Assembly: GCA_038045705.1 (NCBI GenBank)
Contig: JBBSXO010000003.1
Location: 64,001 to 128,000 of the forward strand
Length of the DNA stretch: 64,000 nucleotides
DNA from: Nanobdellota archaeon
Lineage (GTDB): Archaea; Nanobdellota; Nanobdellia; Pacearchaeales; GW2011-AR1
Direction: 5' to 3'
Positions 55,331 to 64,000 of this stretch are shown one piece after another (within the stretch, counting starts at the first letter, position 1; each line of letters begins with the position of its first letter). The translations under genes were made by a program, and so were the position numbers. Below the pieces are notes generated by a model that worked only from the letters and a program-made list of their open reading frames with translations, ran no database searches and was not told the origin of the DNA.

Positions 55331-58191
55331 TTGTTTGCTATTCTAGATAATTCGTCAAATCTTCCTTTTCTTTTTAATATCTTAAAAATCAAAATTGTAA
55401 TTACTAATATTCCCAAGACAATTAAAACAATTATGCTCCAAAATACAAATCTTATTTCAAGATTAAATCCCTTGTCTATAGGTGTCTGTTGATTCTGCCC
55501 AGGACTAGAGTTTTTAGGAGGTGTAGACCCAGCATCAAGTTCATTATTGTCATTTCTATTACTACATCCCAAATCACCAGGATAATCTATTTCTAGATCA
55601 TCATCATTGTCTATTCCATCAGAACACTCTGTAACCTCTACAAATCCTACACCAACTCCACCTCCACCACCGCCCCCTCCGTTTCCACCAGTATTTGTAG
55701 AACCCCCGCTTAAAGACTGGTTTAAAGACAAACTAATTACATAAAGACTTGCTGCAGGAACATTTAAACTATAATTAAAGTCACCAGAATATCGACCTAA
55801 AAGTTGAGGATTAACCTCATCCATTTTAGTTAAATAATAATTTGAGCCATAGTTTAAACCATAATCCATGAAGTTTATGGTAAAGTTCACTTGTTCTGTT
55901 TCATTCCACCAATTAACTAAAAGTAAACCAAAAGTTCCATCGTTAGCTTTCCACATAGAAGGCATAACCTTAGGTGCACCTGGATAATAATCATCAAAGA
56001 AAATGCTTGGAGAAGGAAAGCCATAATAACTATCTGTGCTAAATTCAGGAACTCTCATTCTTTCACCATATAATAAATATTTTTTAGCGAAAGAATAACT
56101 TCTAACATATTGTTTTATAAATGAAAAGAATTCGTAATCTCCTTCTAAAAGAGGGAATGTTAATAGCTCATTTATTTTTCCATTACTTACGCCAGGAAAA
56201 ACTCCATAAGACATATACATTGCCTGAAAAAATCTATTAAAGTTTTGATTTGGATATATTGCAGAAACCTTAGGCCAAGTTTCAATAATTGAAGAAATTC
56301 CTACATAATCATGAAAAAGTGTAGAATATATCGGAATGTCATATATCGGTGGAGAAGATCCAGGAAAATTCCACTGAACAAACTCTAAATCGTCTATATA
56401 AAGCTCACTTGCATGTTCGCTTTCTAAAATCCATTTAGGATTTAATTCTGAAGCTCTCTGCCTAGACAAGTCAACTAGATTTTCTTCTCCACCATGCCAC
56501 CAATTTCCTCCACCCTTTGGATGATCCCTCCTATTTGAGTAATCCAAAATAGGCTCAACAGCGCTCCAAACATCCCAATAAGCCCCATCAAAACCAACAC
56601 CACTATAAGTTAGGTTATCGTCTCCAAAATCCAAATGATCTACCATTATATTTGCGACATAATTCTGCCAAAAGGTAGTATTTGGATCTATAGATGTAAT
56701 AAGACGATCAGGAGAGTACACATTAACATTCTTGACCACATTCCCATTTTCATCAACTACAGCATAATATTCGATAGTTTGATTATATGAGGAGCTATTA
56801 ACATCAAAGTTTACTTGAATGGTATATGGAATCACAATATCTCCATTCTCATGTGATTGTTTAACTAGTTCCATTACAGAAGAATGTATTGGCTTATAAT
56901 CTGCAGGCCATCCTTCTTGAATACTAAAAGTAGTACCATTCTGCCATTCATAAATCTCAATCGTAGCATTTTCAAATTTAAACTCAGAGTTACACGAATA
57001 AAGAGGCATGTAAGGATCAGGACATTCATTAAAATAATTCTTAAAGTCTCTAGATTCATTTACACCATTAATATAATTCTGCCTAACTGCATTAGTAGAA
57101 TTAGGCATAGAAAGAGAAAGTTTAAAATCCAAATCATGAAATACTGAAGAAATTCCCTCAGCATTCTCTAGTTTCCCCCTTTTTGCAAAGTTCTCAACAG
57201 ACCATGACCTATAATATTTTGTAGCGTCATACCAATCCCCCTTAAGCATACCCATAACAACCGGGTAAGGAGAAGAGTAATCTATATCCGGAGTTAAATG
57301 ATTTTCAGGAAATTGAACAACTGAAAATCCAGTACCCTGAGTTGAAATGTTCCATACAACATTTTTATAATATTCATAAGGATCTTTTGTTCCAAAATAA
57401 AATAAGTCTAGTGTGTCCATATCATAATATGCAGAGAACTGATAAGAATAGTAAAAGCTATTTGTAACCCCGGCATATAAAATTTCATTTAGGTCATTGT
57501 TTGAGGTAATTTCTCTAATTTTAGCGATTAAATCAACCCTGGGATTAACTACAAGACTACCCATTAACCAAGGTAAAATTACTGCTTCTCTAGATGGATC
57601 TGCAAAACCTAAAATATTGACCACCGGGTAAGTAACTTTGTAAATCGAATATTCGTCCATCTTAGTAGTCATATTTATCCAAAATTCAGCAATATTTTCT
57701 TCCATGCCCAAAACAATAGAAGCGGAAATATTCATCACTTGTGAAGAATCAAGACCTCTAACAGTAGCATTATCCCAATTCAAGATTAAGGTTGCTTTTC
57801 CAGGCTCTGGAGTTTCTGGCAACGCATAATAAGAAAACTGATAATTTAAATCGCTTAGCAAATATTCTCCTTTTACTAAATCCTTTTGTAAAGAAATCCT
57901 AATAAGCTCATCATTATTTGTTTGAAAAACTCTACCTGTTTCTAAATTTTTTAATTGGGATATAGAAACATTTCCACTGTTTGTCCCGTTAAAAGTAAAC
58001 TCAACTTTAGAGTTACCTAAAACAACATAATCAAGTCCTTCTAAATAATATAATGAACTACCTAAATCTCCCCATTCGCCAGGAGACAGACTAGTAAAAT
58101 TATTTAAATAATAAAACAAAATCCCAGCTGTAAAGATTATAAAAACCAAAATCATAATAAAAATAATCTCGAAATAACTCTTTTTTTTCAT
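55327..58191 (-). CDS. large surface glycoside-hydrolase-like protein (DUF6259-like), TM at both ends
   Basis: GDWYDA..YR.W, GFDGAYWD, ESE motifs; Gly linker; CSDGIDND.D..IDYP.D.GC. Confidence 0.65.
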   Translation of the reverse strand: MKKKSYFEIIFIMILVFIIFTAGILFYYLNNFTSLSPGEWGDLGSSLYYLEGLDYVVLGNSKVEFTFNGTNSGNVSISQLKNLETGRVFQTNNDELIRISLQKDLVKGEYLLSDLNYQFSYYALPETPEPGKATLILNWDNATVRGLDSSQVMNISASIVLGMEENIAEFWINMTTKMDEYSIYKVTYPVVNILGFADPSREAVILPWLMGSLVVNPRVDLIAKIREITSNNDLNEILYAGVTNSFYYSYQFSAYYDMDTLDLFYFGTKDPYEYYKNVVWNISTQGTGFSVVQFPENHLTPDIDYSSPYPVVMGMLKGDWYDATKYYRSWSVENFAKRGKLENAEGISSVFHDLDFKLSLSMPNSTNAVRQNYINGVNESRDFKNYFNECPDPYMPLYSCNSEFKFENATIEIYEWQNGTTFSIQEGWPADYKPIHSSVMELVKQSHENGDIVIPYTIQVNFDVNSSSYNQTIEYYAVVDENGNVVKNVNVYSPDRLITSIDPNTTFWQNYVANIMVDHLDFGDDNLTYSGVGFDGAYWDVWSAVEPILDYSNRRDHPKGGGNWWHGGEENLVDLSRQRASELNPKWILESEHASELYIDDLEFVQWNFPGSSPPIYDIPIYSTLFHDYVGISSIIETWPKVSAIYPNQNFNRFFQAMYMSYGVFPGVSNGKINELLTFPLLEGDYEFFSFIKQYVRSYSFAKKYLLYGERMRVPEFSTDSYYGFPSPSIFFDDYYPGAPKVMPSMWKANDGTFGLLLVNWWNETEQVNFTINFMDYGLNYGSNYYLTKMDEVNPQLLGRYSGDFNYSLNVPAASLYVISLSLNQSLSGGSTNTGGNGGGGGGGGVGVGFVEVTECSDGIDNDDDLEIDYPGDLGCSNRNDNNELDAGSTPPKNSSPGQNQQTPIDKGFNLEIRFVFWSIIVLIVLGILVITILIFKILKRKGRFDELSRIANN

Positions 58192-58291
58192 GAAATATCA
58201 AGACAATTATCTTTTATAAATATATTTTAAATAACATAAGAATGTTTATATAGTAATAGAAAGTTATACGAATGTAAAAAGGAGGTTTATC

Positions 58292-58756
58292 ATGAGAAGA
58301 AAAGGACAAGCAGCTGTTGAATTCCTTATGACTTATGGATGGGCTATTTTAGCAGCAGTTATTGCTATTGGAGTTCTCGCATACTTTGGAGTTTTCAGCC
58401 CTGGTAAATATGTAACAGATTCTGCAATTGTTACCGCACCTTTCTACATAAACGCTCAAAACATTCAAGCGGATGTTAATGGAAGTTCCGGAATAGTAAT
58501 GGAATTAAGGAATAACGGTGGAGAAGATCTCACAGTTACAAGCATTACAGTGGATGGAGCTACAGTAGATTGTACAACTGGAACAATTAGTACAGCAGTA
58601 CTTCCAAGTACACCACAATCATTTACAATAGATTGTACGCCCGCATTAGTAACAGGTCAGACCTATAAGGGAGATATAACTATAAGTTATGTAAAATTTG
58701 GTAGCACAGTTGCATTAGCTTCAACAGGAACAATAGCTGGGAAAATAGTAGCTTAA
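58292..58756 (+). CDS. probable major type IV pilin
   Basis: RKG/QAAVEFLMTYGWAIL; AGGAGGT SD; T-rich terminator. Confidence 0.92.
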   Translation: MRRKGQAAVEFLMTYGWAILAAVIAIGVLAYFGVFSPGKYVTDSAIVTAPFYINAQNIQADVNGSSGIVMELRNNGGEDLTVTSITVDGATVDCTTGTISTAVLPSTPQSFTIDCTPALVTGQTYKGDITISYVKFGSTVALASTGTIAGKIVA

Positions 58757-58855
58757 ACAAACATTTTATTTAATTTTATTTTTTATTTAATTTTAGAATG
58801 AGGAAAGTAATCCTCAATTAATCAGTTTTATAAACCTTTATTTTGTTCTGTTCTT

Positions 58856-58929
58856 GATCGTGTAGCTCAGCCCGGTAGAGCACTGCTCTGATACGGCAGG
58901 GGTCCCAGGTTCAAATCCTGGCACGATCA
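58856..58929 (+). tRNA. tRNA-Ile(GAT)
   Basis: GATCGTG/CACGATC, CTGCT-CT-GAT-AC-GGCAG. Confidence 0.96.
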
Positions 58930-58974
58930 TATAGACCATAATAATCTTTATATAATTAAAAAAGATCAATTAAT

Positions 58975-59211
58975 ATGAATGAAAGAGAAAGAACTGGCTG
59001 GGAAACAACAAAAAAAAGGACAGATGCAATAGGAGCATTATTGTTAGTTTCAGTCCTTACATTTGGCGATTCTGAAAGAGGAAACCATTATACACCTCCT
59101 AAAATAATTGAAAATAAAAAACCACAGGTAAGTCAAAAAGTAATAATAGAGCCTTCAGAACCCTACAGAGTAAGATTCACAGAAGATTACCCATTACCAT
59201 TTTATAGATAA
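58975..59211 (+). CDS. hypothetical protein
   Basis: 78 aa, one hydrophobic stretch, TTTATATA upstream. Confidence 0.55.
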   Translation: MNERERTGWETTKKRTDAIGALLLVSVLTFGDSERGNHYTPPKIIENKKPQVSQKVIIEPSEPYRVRFTEDYPLPFYR

Positions 59212-59268
59212 TAATTAAACGAATTGAACAGTCATCTTTTTAAACGCATTTTCTCTCCCTCTTTCCCA

Positions 59269-59820
59269 ATGAAACAAAAATCATTCAACCCCTGGCACGA
59301 TGTATCTGTAGGAGATAAATCTCCTCAAATAGTTAATGCAATAATAGAAATTCCAAAAGATTCAAAACACAAATTTGAAATAGACAAAGAAACAGGAATG
59401 CTTAAACTAGATAGATTTCTTTTTAGTGCAGTTCATTATCCAGGAGACTACGGATTCCTTCCTCAAACTCTTTGGTATGATAATGATCCAATAGACATAA
59501 TAATACTCACGCAAAGACCAGTGTATCCAATGACATTAGTAAGCGCCAGAATAATAGGTGTATTAAGAATGTTTGATGGAGATGAAAAAGATGACAAACT
59601 AATAGCGGTATATAATTCCGATCCAAGATATGAAGAAATTAAAGATGTAAAAGACATTCCAAAACATACAATAGCTGAATTGAAACATTTCTTTGAAACT
59701 TATAAAGAACTTCAAGGGAAAAAATGTAAAGTCTTAGAAATTCTAGGTAATGAAGACGCTTACAAAGATGTAGAAATAGCAAAAATAATGTATCAAGAAA
59801 AGTTCAGTAAATACAATTAA
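59269..59820 (+). CDS. ppa: family I inorganic pyrophosphatase (start MKQK)
   Basis: PWHD, IEIP, YPGDYG, DNDPID, DDKL. Confidence 0.96.
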   Translation: MKQKSFNPWHDVSVGDKSPQIVNAIIEIPKDSKHKFEIDKETGMLKLDRFLFSAVHYPGDYGFLPQTLWYDNDPIDIIILTQRPVYPMTLVSARIIGVLRMFDGDEKDDKLIAVYNSDPRYEEIKDVKDIPKHTIAELKHFFETYKELQGKKCKVLEILGNEDAYKDVEIAKIMYQEKFSKYN

Positions 59821-59866
59821 TCGCAAATCAAAACCTTTAAAGAGCATCTATTTATTAAATGAATAC

Positions 59867-59951
59867 GCGGGGATGCCGGAGTGGTCAAACGGGCTGGATT
59901 TAGGCTCCAGTGTGCTTAGTGCCTACCTAGGTTCGAATCCTAGTTCCCGCA
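59867..59951 (+). tRNA. tRNA-Leu(TAG)
   Basis: GCGGGGA/TTCCCGC, CTGGA-TT-TAG-GC-TCCAG, long variable arm. Confidence 0.96.
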
Positions 59952-60108
59952 TATTTATTTCTATAATAAAGAATAAATAATATTGCTATTGGATAGAAAA
60001 ACTCTTTCTCCCGTTGAATTAGCTACGGGTAAATGCAAGGTGATTTCCAACAAACCCATAGTAATTATAAGGAAAAAGATATTTAATCCATAGAATGTTA
60101 TTTCGATT

Positions 60109-60912
60109 ATGAAAAAGAACAATATGCTAGGAATTATAGGATTACTTCTCTTAATATTTTCTCAAATAAATGTTTTTTTAGATATACAACCATTTGAAAG
60201 ATTTCATTTCATAATAATATGGATAGGTTATATTTTATTTGCAGATTATTTAGTCTTCAAAATAAAAGGAAAATCTTGGATCAATAATAGTTCTCTTGCA
60301 ATTATAGGAATGTTTATTATTTCAATGCCTTTCTGGAAAATATTTGAGTATATCAATATTAGAGTTCACAATTGGGAATATATAGGGCTAGAATATTTTG
60401 GGGCATACCATGATCTATTTGCAGTCTTAGCTTTCTCAACAGTTATTCCTGCATTTTTCATTACTCTTTCATTTTTCACAAAAGATTTCAGTTCAAGTTT
60501 ACCAAAAAACAAGATGAGTAAAGGAGCATTTGTATTCACAATTCTTTCAGGAATATTGATGTTCATAGGAATGACTCTTTTACCAAAATATCTTTTCGCA
60601 TTAGAATGGATTTTCATTTTCTTAATAATAGACGGGATTAACTTCAGAAACAAAAAAGAAAGTGTACTTTACATGTTTAAAACAAAACAATGGAAACTAA
60701 TAAACCAAATAATATTCTCTTCCTTAATAATGGGATTTCTATGGGAATTCTGGAATTACTGGGCAACAGTCAAATGGATATATATTATACCATTCTTTGA
60801 TTTTGCATATATATTTGAAATGCCGATCCTAGGATATATAGGCTATATTCCATTTGGGTTTAGTATATTTGCATATTATCATTTCATAAAATCTGCATTC
60901 AGTAAAAATTAA
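60109..60912 (+). CDS. polytopic membrane protein with internal duplication
   Basis: W.IFEY.N..NW.Y and LWEFWNYW..KW.Y; FEMPILGY. Confidence 0.8.
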   Translation: MKKNNMLGIIGLLLLIFSQINVFLDIQPFERFHFIIIWIGYILFADYLVFKIKGKSWINNSSLAIIGMFIISMPFWKIFEYINIRVHNWEYIGLEYFGAYHDLFAVLAFSTVIPAFFITLSFFTKDFSSSLPKNKMSKGAFVFTILSGILMFIGMTLLPKYLFALEWIFIFLIIDGINFRNKKESVLYMFKTKQWKLINQIIFSSLIMGFLWEFWNYWATVKWIYIIPFFDFAYIFEMPILGYIGYIPFGFSIFAYYHFIKSAFSKN

Positions 60913-61022
60913 AAATTCTTCCAATTACATTCAGAGATAACTTATATTTTTCCATTTACAACTTGAATACAACTTTAATCATCAATTGCATAGGGATCAT
61001 TATCTAATTTCTTTGCATCTAA
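60909..61022 (-). pseudogene. 3' remnant of a peptidase S51 (PepE-like) gene
   Basis: PYAIDD*SCIQVVNGKI*VISECNWKNF* resembles the YAIDD..AI.V..G...VISEG.W tail; two internal stops. Confidence 0.6.
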
Positions 61023-61040
61023 TCAATTATAAAAATAAGT

Positions 61041-61682
61041 CTATTCTAACCCAAATTCCATAGTTAGCTTGTTATCTTTTATAGAATATTTCTTCAAAGG
61101 TAAACTAACTTGCAAGCTATTAAAATAAATCTTTTTTTTCCCTAACGCTTTTATTTCATAACCAGATTCAACCTTTGAAACAAAAATATCTTCAACAGTA
61201 TCAACACCAGGAGTAGCTAACTCATAAACAACTTTATCACTTAATCTTCTGACTTCAGATTTAGCTTGTCCTCTAGGAAGATTAGCCATTCTATCTCGTT
61301 GTTCATCACTAATAACACGAGGCTTAGATTCTTGTTTATGAGTATGATTCTTAGGACCAATCTTAATTTGAATTCCATTAGGCAATTGAGTTATTTCCGG
61401 CTTTGAATCTCCAAAACCAACTTTATCAAGACTCAGATTTTTCATCTGACCCTCCATCATTTTCATCACATTGCTCAAAATAGAATTAAAAACAGAATCA
61501 TTTAACCCCATTCCACCTCCACCAATTAAAGGAGCTCCAAAAACAGAATCATTCTTTCCAAGCATCCCAAATTCAGCCATATCTGAATCAGGATTACGTA
61601 AATCTAATCTACAATAAGGACAAAAACTATAATCTTCTTTTAGTTTACCCTCACATCTCTTACATTTACTTGACGAAAACAT
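61041..61682 (-). CDS. zinc-ribbon plus HSP20-like domain protein
   Basis: CKRC..FCPYC; C-terminal alpha-crystallin-like strands. Confidence 0.75.
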   Translation of the reverse strand: MFSSSKCKRCEGKLKEDYSFCPYCRLDLRNPDSDMAEFGMLGKNDSVFGAPLIGGGGMGLNDSVFNSILSNVMKMMEGQMKNLSLDKVGFGDSKPEITQLPNGIQIKIGPKNHTHKQESKPRVISDEQRDRMANLPRGQAKSEVRRLSDKVVYELATPGVDTVEDIFVSKVESGYEIKALGKKKIYFNSLQVSLPLKKYSIKDNKLTMEFGLE

Positions 61683-61763
61683 GTAAATAACAGTACTTCA
61701 AACCTTTTAAAAATGTTGGTATGTGAAAATCATTGTAAAGCAAGACCATTAGATATCCAAATT

Positions 61764-63158
61764 TTACTTCTTTCCAGCTTTATTAATTAAATGAGGTTGC
61801 CAATGAGCAAAACTCTTAAGCCATACAACTGTGGAGTTAATAGTCTTGCCAGGCTTTGTCGTATCGAGATGAAAAGCCTCAAATTTAGTCCTATAGCCTT
61901 CAGTCAATTTAGGCAAAAAGAACAATGCAGTAATTATCATAAGTATTGAAGAAATTATAAAAGTGAAAAACATAGAACTAATAAAATCAACAGAAATATA
62001 TTGAACTATAATTCCACCAATAAAACTACCAAATAAAGTTCCCAAACCAATAAGCAAAGCACTATATGCAAAACAAAAACCTCTTTTTTGAGGTGAAGAA
62101 GCATTATAAGAAAAAGAAGTAGTACCTATTACAAATCCAGCATTAGCAAGTCCAGATACAATTCCAGGTATTAATATCAGAGCAATAGGGTTCTCAAAAA
62201 ACATCCAAAGCAATGGGACAATAGGAAATAGAAAAGCTCCAAAATAAATCAATTTTAAATTACCATATTTATCAGAGAATTTTCCGGCAATAGGAGCAAA
62301 AAACAAATAAAATACAGTAGAACTTATCGAAACAATAGTATAAGTAAGGTAATTAAAATTCAAGTCCTCTAGCATTCTAACTGCAAAAAAAGGAGCAGAC
62401 ATCATCATCGCAAAATAAAAAAATGCCTGAAAAACTGCAAATTTTCCATAATTATCATATCTCTTTAAAAAAGAGATAAAAGAAAAATAAGATTGCTTTT
62501 TAACTCTAAAATAAGGATTGAATATCTTATTAGTATAATGAACCGAAGCAATTCTAAAAATCATAGCGAATGCAAATAGAAAAGCAAATCCAAGCAAAAC
62601 ATATCCTTTAGTTTTAAACAAATCAAGTAAAAATCCAGAAATAACTAATGTTACTAAACCAACAATTCCAATCAATCTATTCCTAGAAGCAAAAAACTTT
62701 CCTTTTTTTTCTTCAGGAACTAAATCACCAAGCCAAGAAAGCCATGAGACATAACCAGCTCCATAAATAAATGGAATAAGAATTCCCCATAAAGCAATCA
62801 TTATCCAAGGTAAAACTAATGTAAGAGTTCCTTTCCACGCAAAATAAATTAAAGCTAAAACAGGAATTTGCAAGAATACTATCCATAATTTAGCATGCAT
62901 CCAAAGTTTTTTACGAGAATGATTTTCCATAAGCTTGCTTCCCACAATTTCGCCATAAGGATCAAATAATCCATTAAGTGAAGTCATAAGTCCAATATGA
63001 AAACTATTTCCACCAGTAGCTAGAATAAGAGGTGTAAGAAAACCGCTAGACATATTCACACCAATAGATTGTGTATATCCTTCTTTTAGGCTAGCACGTA
63101 AAGCGTGTTCTTTAGAGTGTTTCAAATAGTCAGATTCATCTATAATCTCCTCACCCAT
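61764..63158 (-). CDS. MFS transporter (start probably MGEE)
   Basis: About 12 TM segments; WLGDLVPEEKKGKFF, GKFSDKYGN. Confidence 0.9.
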   Translation of the reverse strand: MGEEIIDESDYLKHSKEHALRASLKEGYTQSIGVNMSSGFLTPLILATGGNSFHIGLMTSLNGLFDPYGEIVGSKLMENHSRKKLWMHAKLWIVFLQIPVLALIYFAWKGTLTLVLPWIMIALWGILIPFIYGAGYVSWLSWLGDLVPEEKKGKFFASRNRLIGIVGLVTLVISGFLLDLFKTKGYVLLGFAFLFAFAMIFRIASVHYTNKIFNPYFRVKKQSYFSFISFLKRYDNYGKFAVFQAFFYFAMMMSAPFFAVRMLEDLNFNYLTYTIVSISSTVFYLFFAPIAGKFSDKYGNLKLIYFGAFLFPIVPLLWMFFENPIALILIPGIVSGLANAGFVIGTTSFSYNASSPQKRGFCFAYSALLIGLGTLFGSFIGGIIVQYISVDFISSMFFTFIISSILMIITALFFLPKLTEGYRTKFEAFHLDTTKPGKTINSTVVWLKSFAHWQPHLINKAGKK

Positions 63159-63199
63159 AATATACCTTAGCAAAAAACATTAATAAACATTGTTAGTTC

Positions 63200-63760
63200 T
63201 TAACAAAATTCCGGACACTTTTCTCTAGCTCTTATTTTAAGGCGCTCCATTGTTCTATGCAATATATTCTTTACATTAGACAGAGAACATCTATACATTT
63301 GCGCTATTTTATTCCTATCAACACCATCAACTAAATGAAGACTAGTAATTTGTAAATGTTCTTCATTTACTGAAAAACCATTAAATATTACCTCGACAAG
63401 ATCCCTATTATCTACATCTGAAAAATGATCTACTGAATCAGGAGGATGTTCAAAAAGATCATCCAATCCAAAATGATCTGGCCTATTAAAGTATCGACCT
63501 TTAGTTTTTTTAAGCAACCTCCAACCAGTTTGCCTTAGAGAAAGAGGTATTAAATTAGGATAAACGGGAATTTTTCTTTCAATTTGACCATATAAATTCA
63601 AGAAAGCTTCCTGTATGACATCTTCTGCAGTGTTGTAGTCTACACCTCTCCGAGCCAAGTAACCTATGAACCTTGCACGAGATTCATCAAAATGATCAGT
63701 CAATTCCTGAAGAGTTAAACTCTTCCCAGAATGTTCTTTCAAAGCAGAACAACCATTCAT
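63200..63760 (-). CDS. ECF-type sigma-70-like protein (start probably MNGC)
   Basis: Sigma2 AEDVIQEAFLNLY; sigma4 LVDGVDRNKIAQMYRCSLSNVKNILHRTMERLK. Confidence 0.8.
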   Translation of the reverse strand: MNGCSALKEHSGKSLTLQELTDHFDESRARFIGYLARRGVDYNTAEDVIQEAFLNLYGQIERKIPVYPNLIPLSLRQTGWRLLKKTKGRYFNRPDHFGLDDLFEHPPDSVDHFSDVDNRDLVEVIFNGFSVNEEHLQITSLHLVDGVDRNKIAQMYRCSLSNVKNILHRTMERLKIRAREKCPEFC

Positions 63761-63859
63761 AGTAGGTAAAAATGACAAATGTATAAAAACATATGTGTTC
63801 AAATGAAAAATAGAAATTGCTTCCATCAACATATAATAAAACTAATTTCTATTGATTTA

Positions 63860-64000
63860 CTAACCGAGTACATCTTGATATTTAGGTTCAGCAGAGACAA
63901 CTCGAATTTCGTTTTCTAAAACTCTTTTAGCATACTCTTTTTCTTCCCCAACAGGAACTTTTACTGTTGCGATTTTAACAAATTCTACCCAATCACTTAC
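63860..64000 (-). CDS. 3' end of a gene truncated by the window edge
   Basis: Open frame ...ATVKVPVGEEKEYAK..VVSAEPKY..*, protease-prodomain-like. Confidence 0.5.
   Translation of the reverse strand, partial: VSDWVEFVKIATVKVPVGEEKEYAKRVLENEIRVVSAEPKYQDVLG

Noticed and set aside
58799-58816. Hairpin TGAGGA-AAGTAA-TCCTCA before tRNA-Ile
   Set aside because: A 6-bp stem, too short to support a call
3167-59657. Many short ORF-track frames antisense or internal to confident genes (e.g. 7076-7306, 32627-34099, 44623-45024, 50457-50744)
   Set aside because: Shadow frames of well-supported genes with no motifs
59960-60070. Weak stems and a short minus-strand ORF after tRNA-Leu
   Set aside because: No recognisable motif; could be gene debris but is unsupported

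Overview
AT-rich archaeal chromosomal segment, most consistent with a reduced DPANN genome (Pacearchaeota/Woesearchaeota-like; this is an inference). It carries RFC S/L, FEN1, PolB, TopA, TFS, Cdc48, eL15, an unannotated eL41, six CCA-less tRNAs (two with introns), several toxin-antitoxin pairs and a complete type IV pilus locus with a vWA adhesin. No rRNA, CRISPR array, integrase or transposase was seen. The most unusual signals are: (1) a 100-nt BHB intron in tRNA-Glu(CTC) that folds like a miniaturised group I ribozyme core; (2) a tandem array of 4-5 paralogous signal-peptide-bearing polytopic membrane proteins near an orphan HerA/VirB4-like ATPase; (3) an outer-membrane-type beta-barrel protein with a C-terminal beta-signal; (4) a bacterial ECF sigma-like gene behind an archaeal TATA box; (5) possible nested BHB introns in tRNA-Thr; (6) a duplicated start, uORF and hairpin in front of rpl15e; (7) a 62-nt perfect repeat between the two Cdc48 P-loops; (8) integrase-less cargo islets at tRNA 3' ends. 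All family calls are by motif recognition by eye; no searches were run.
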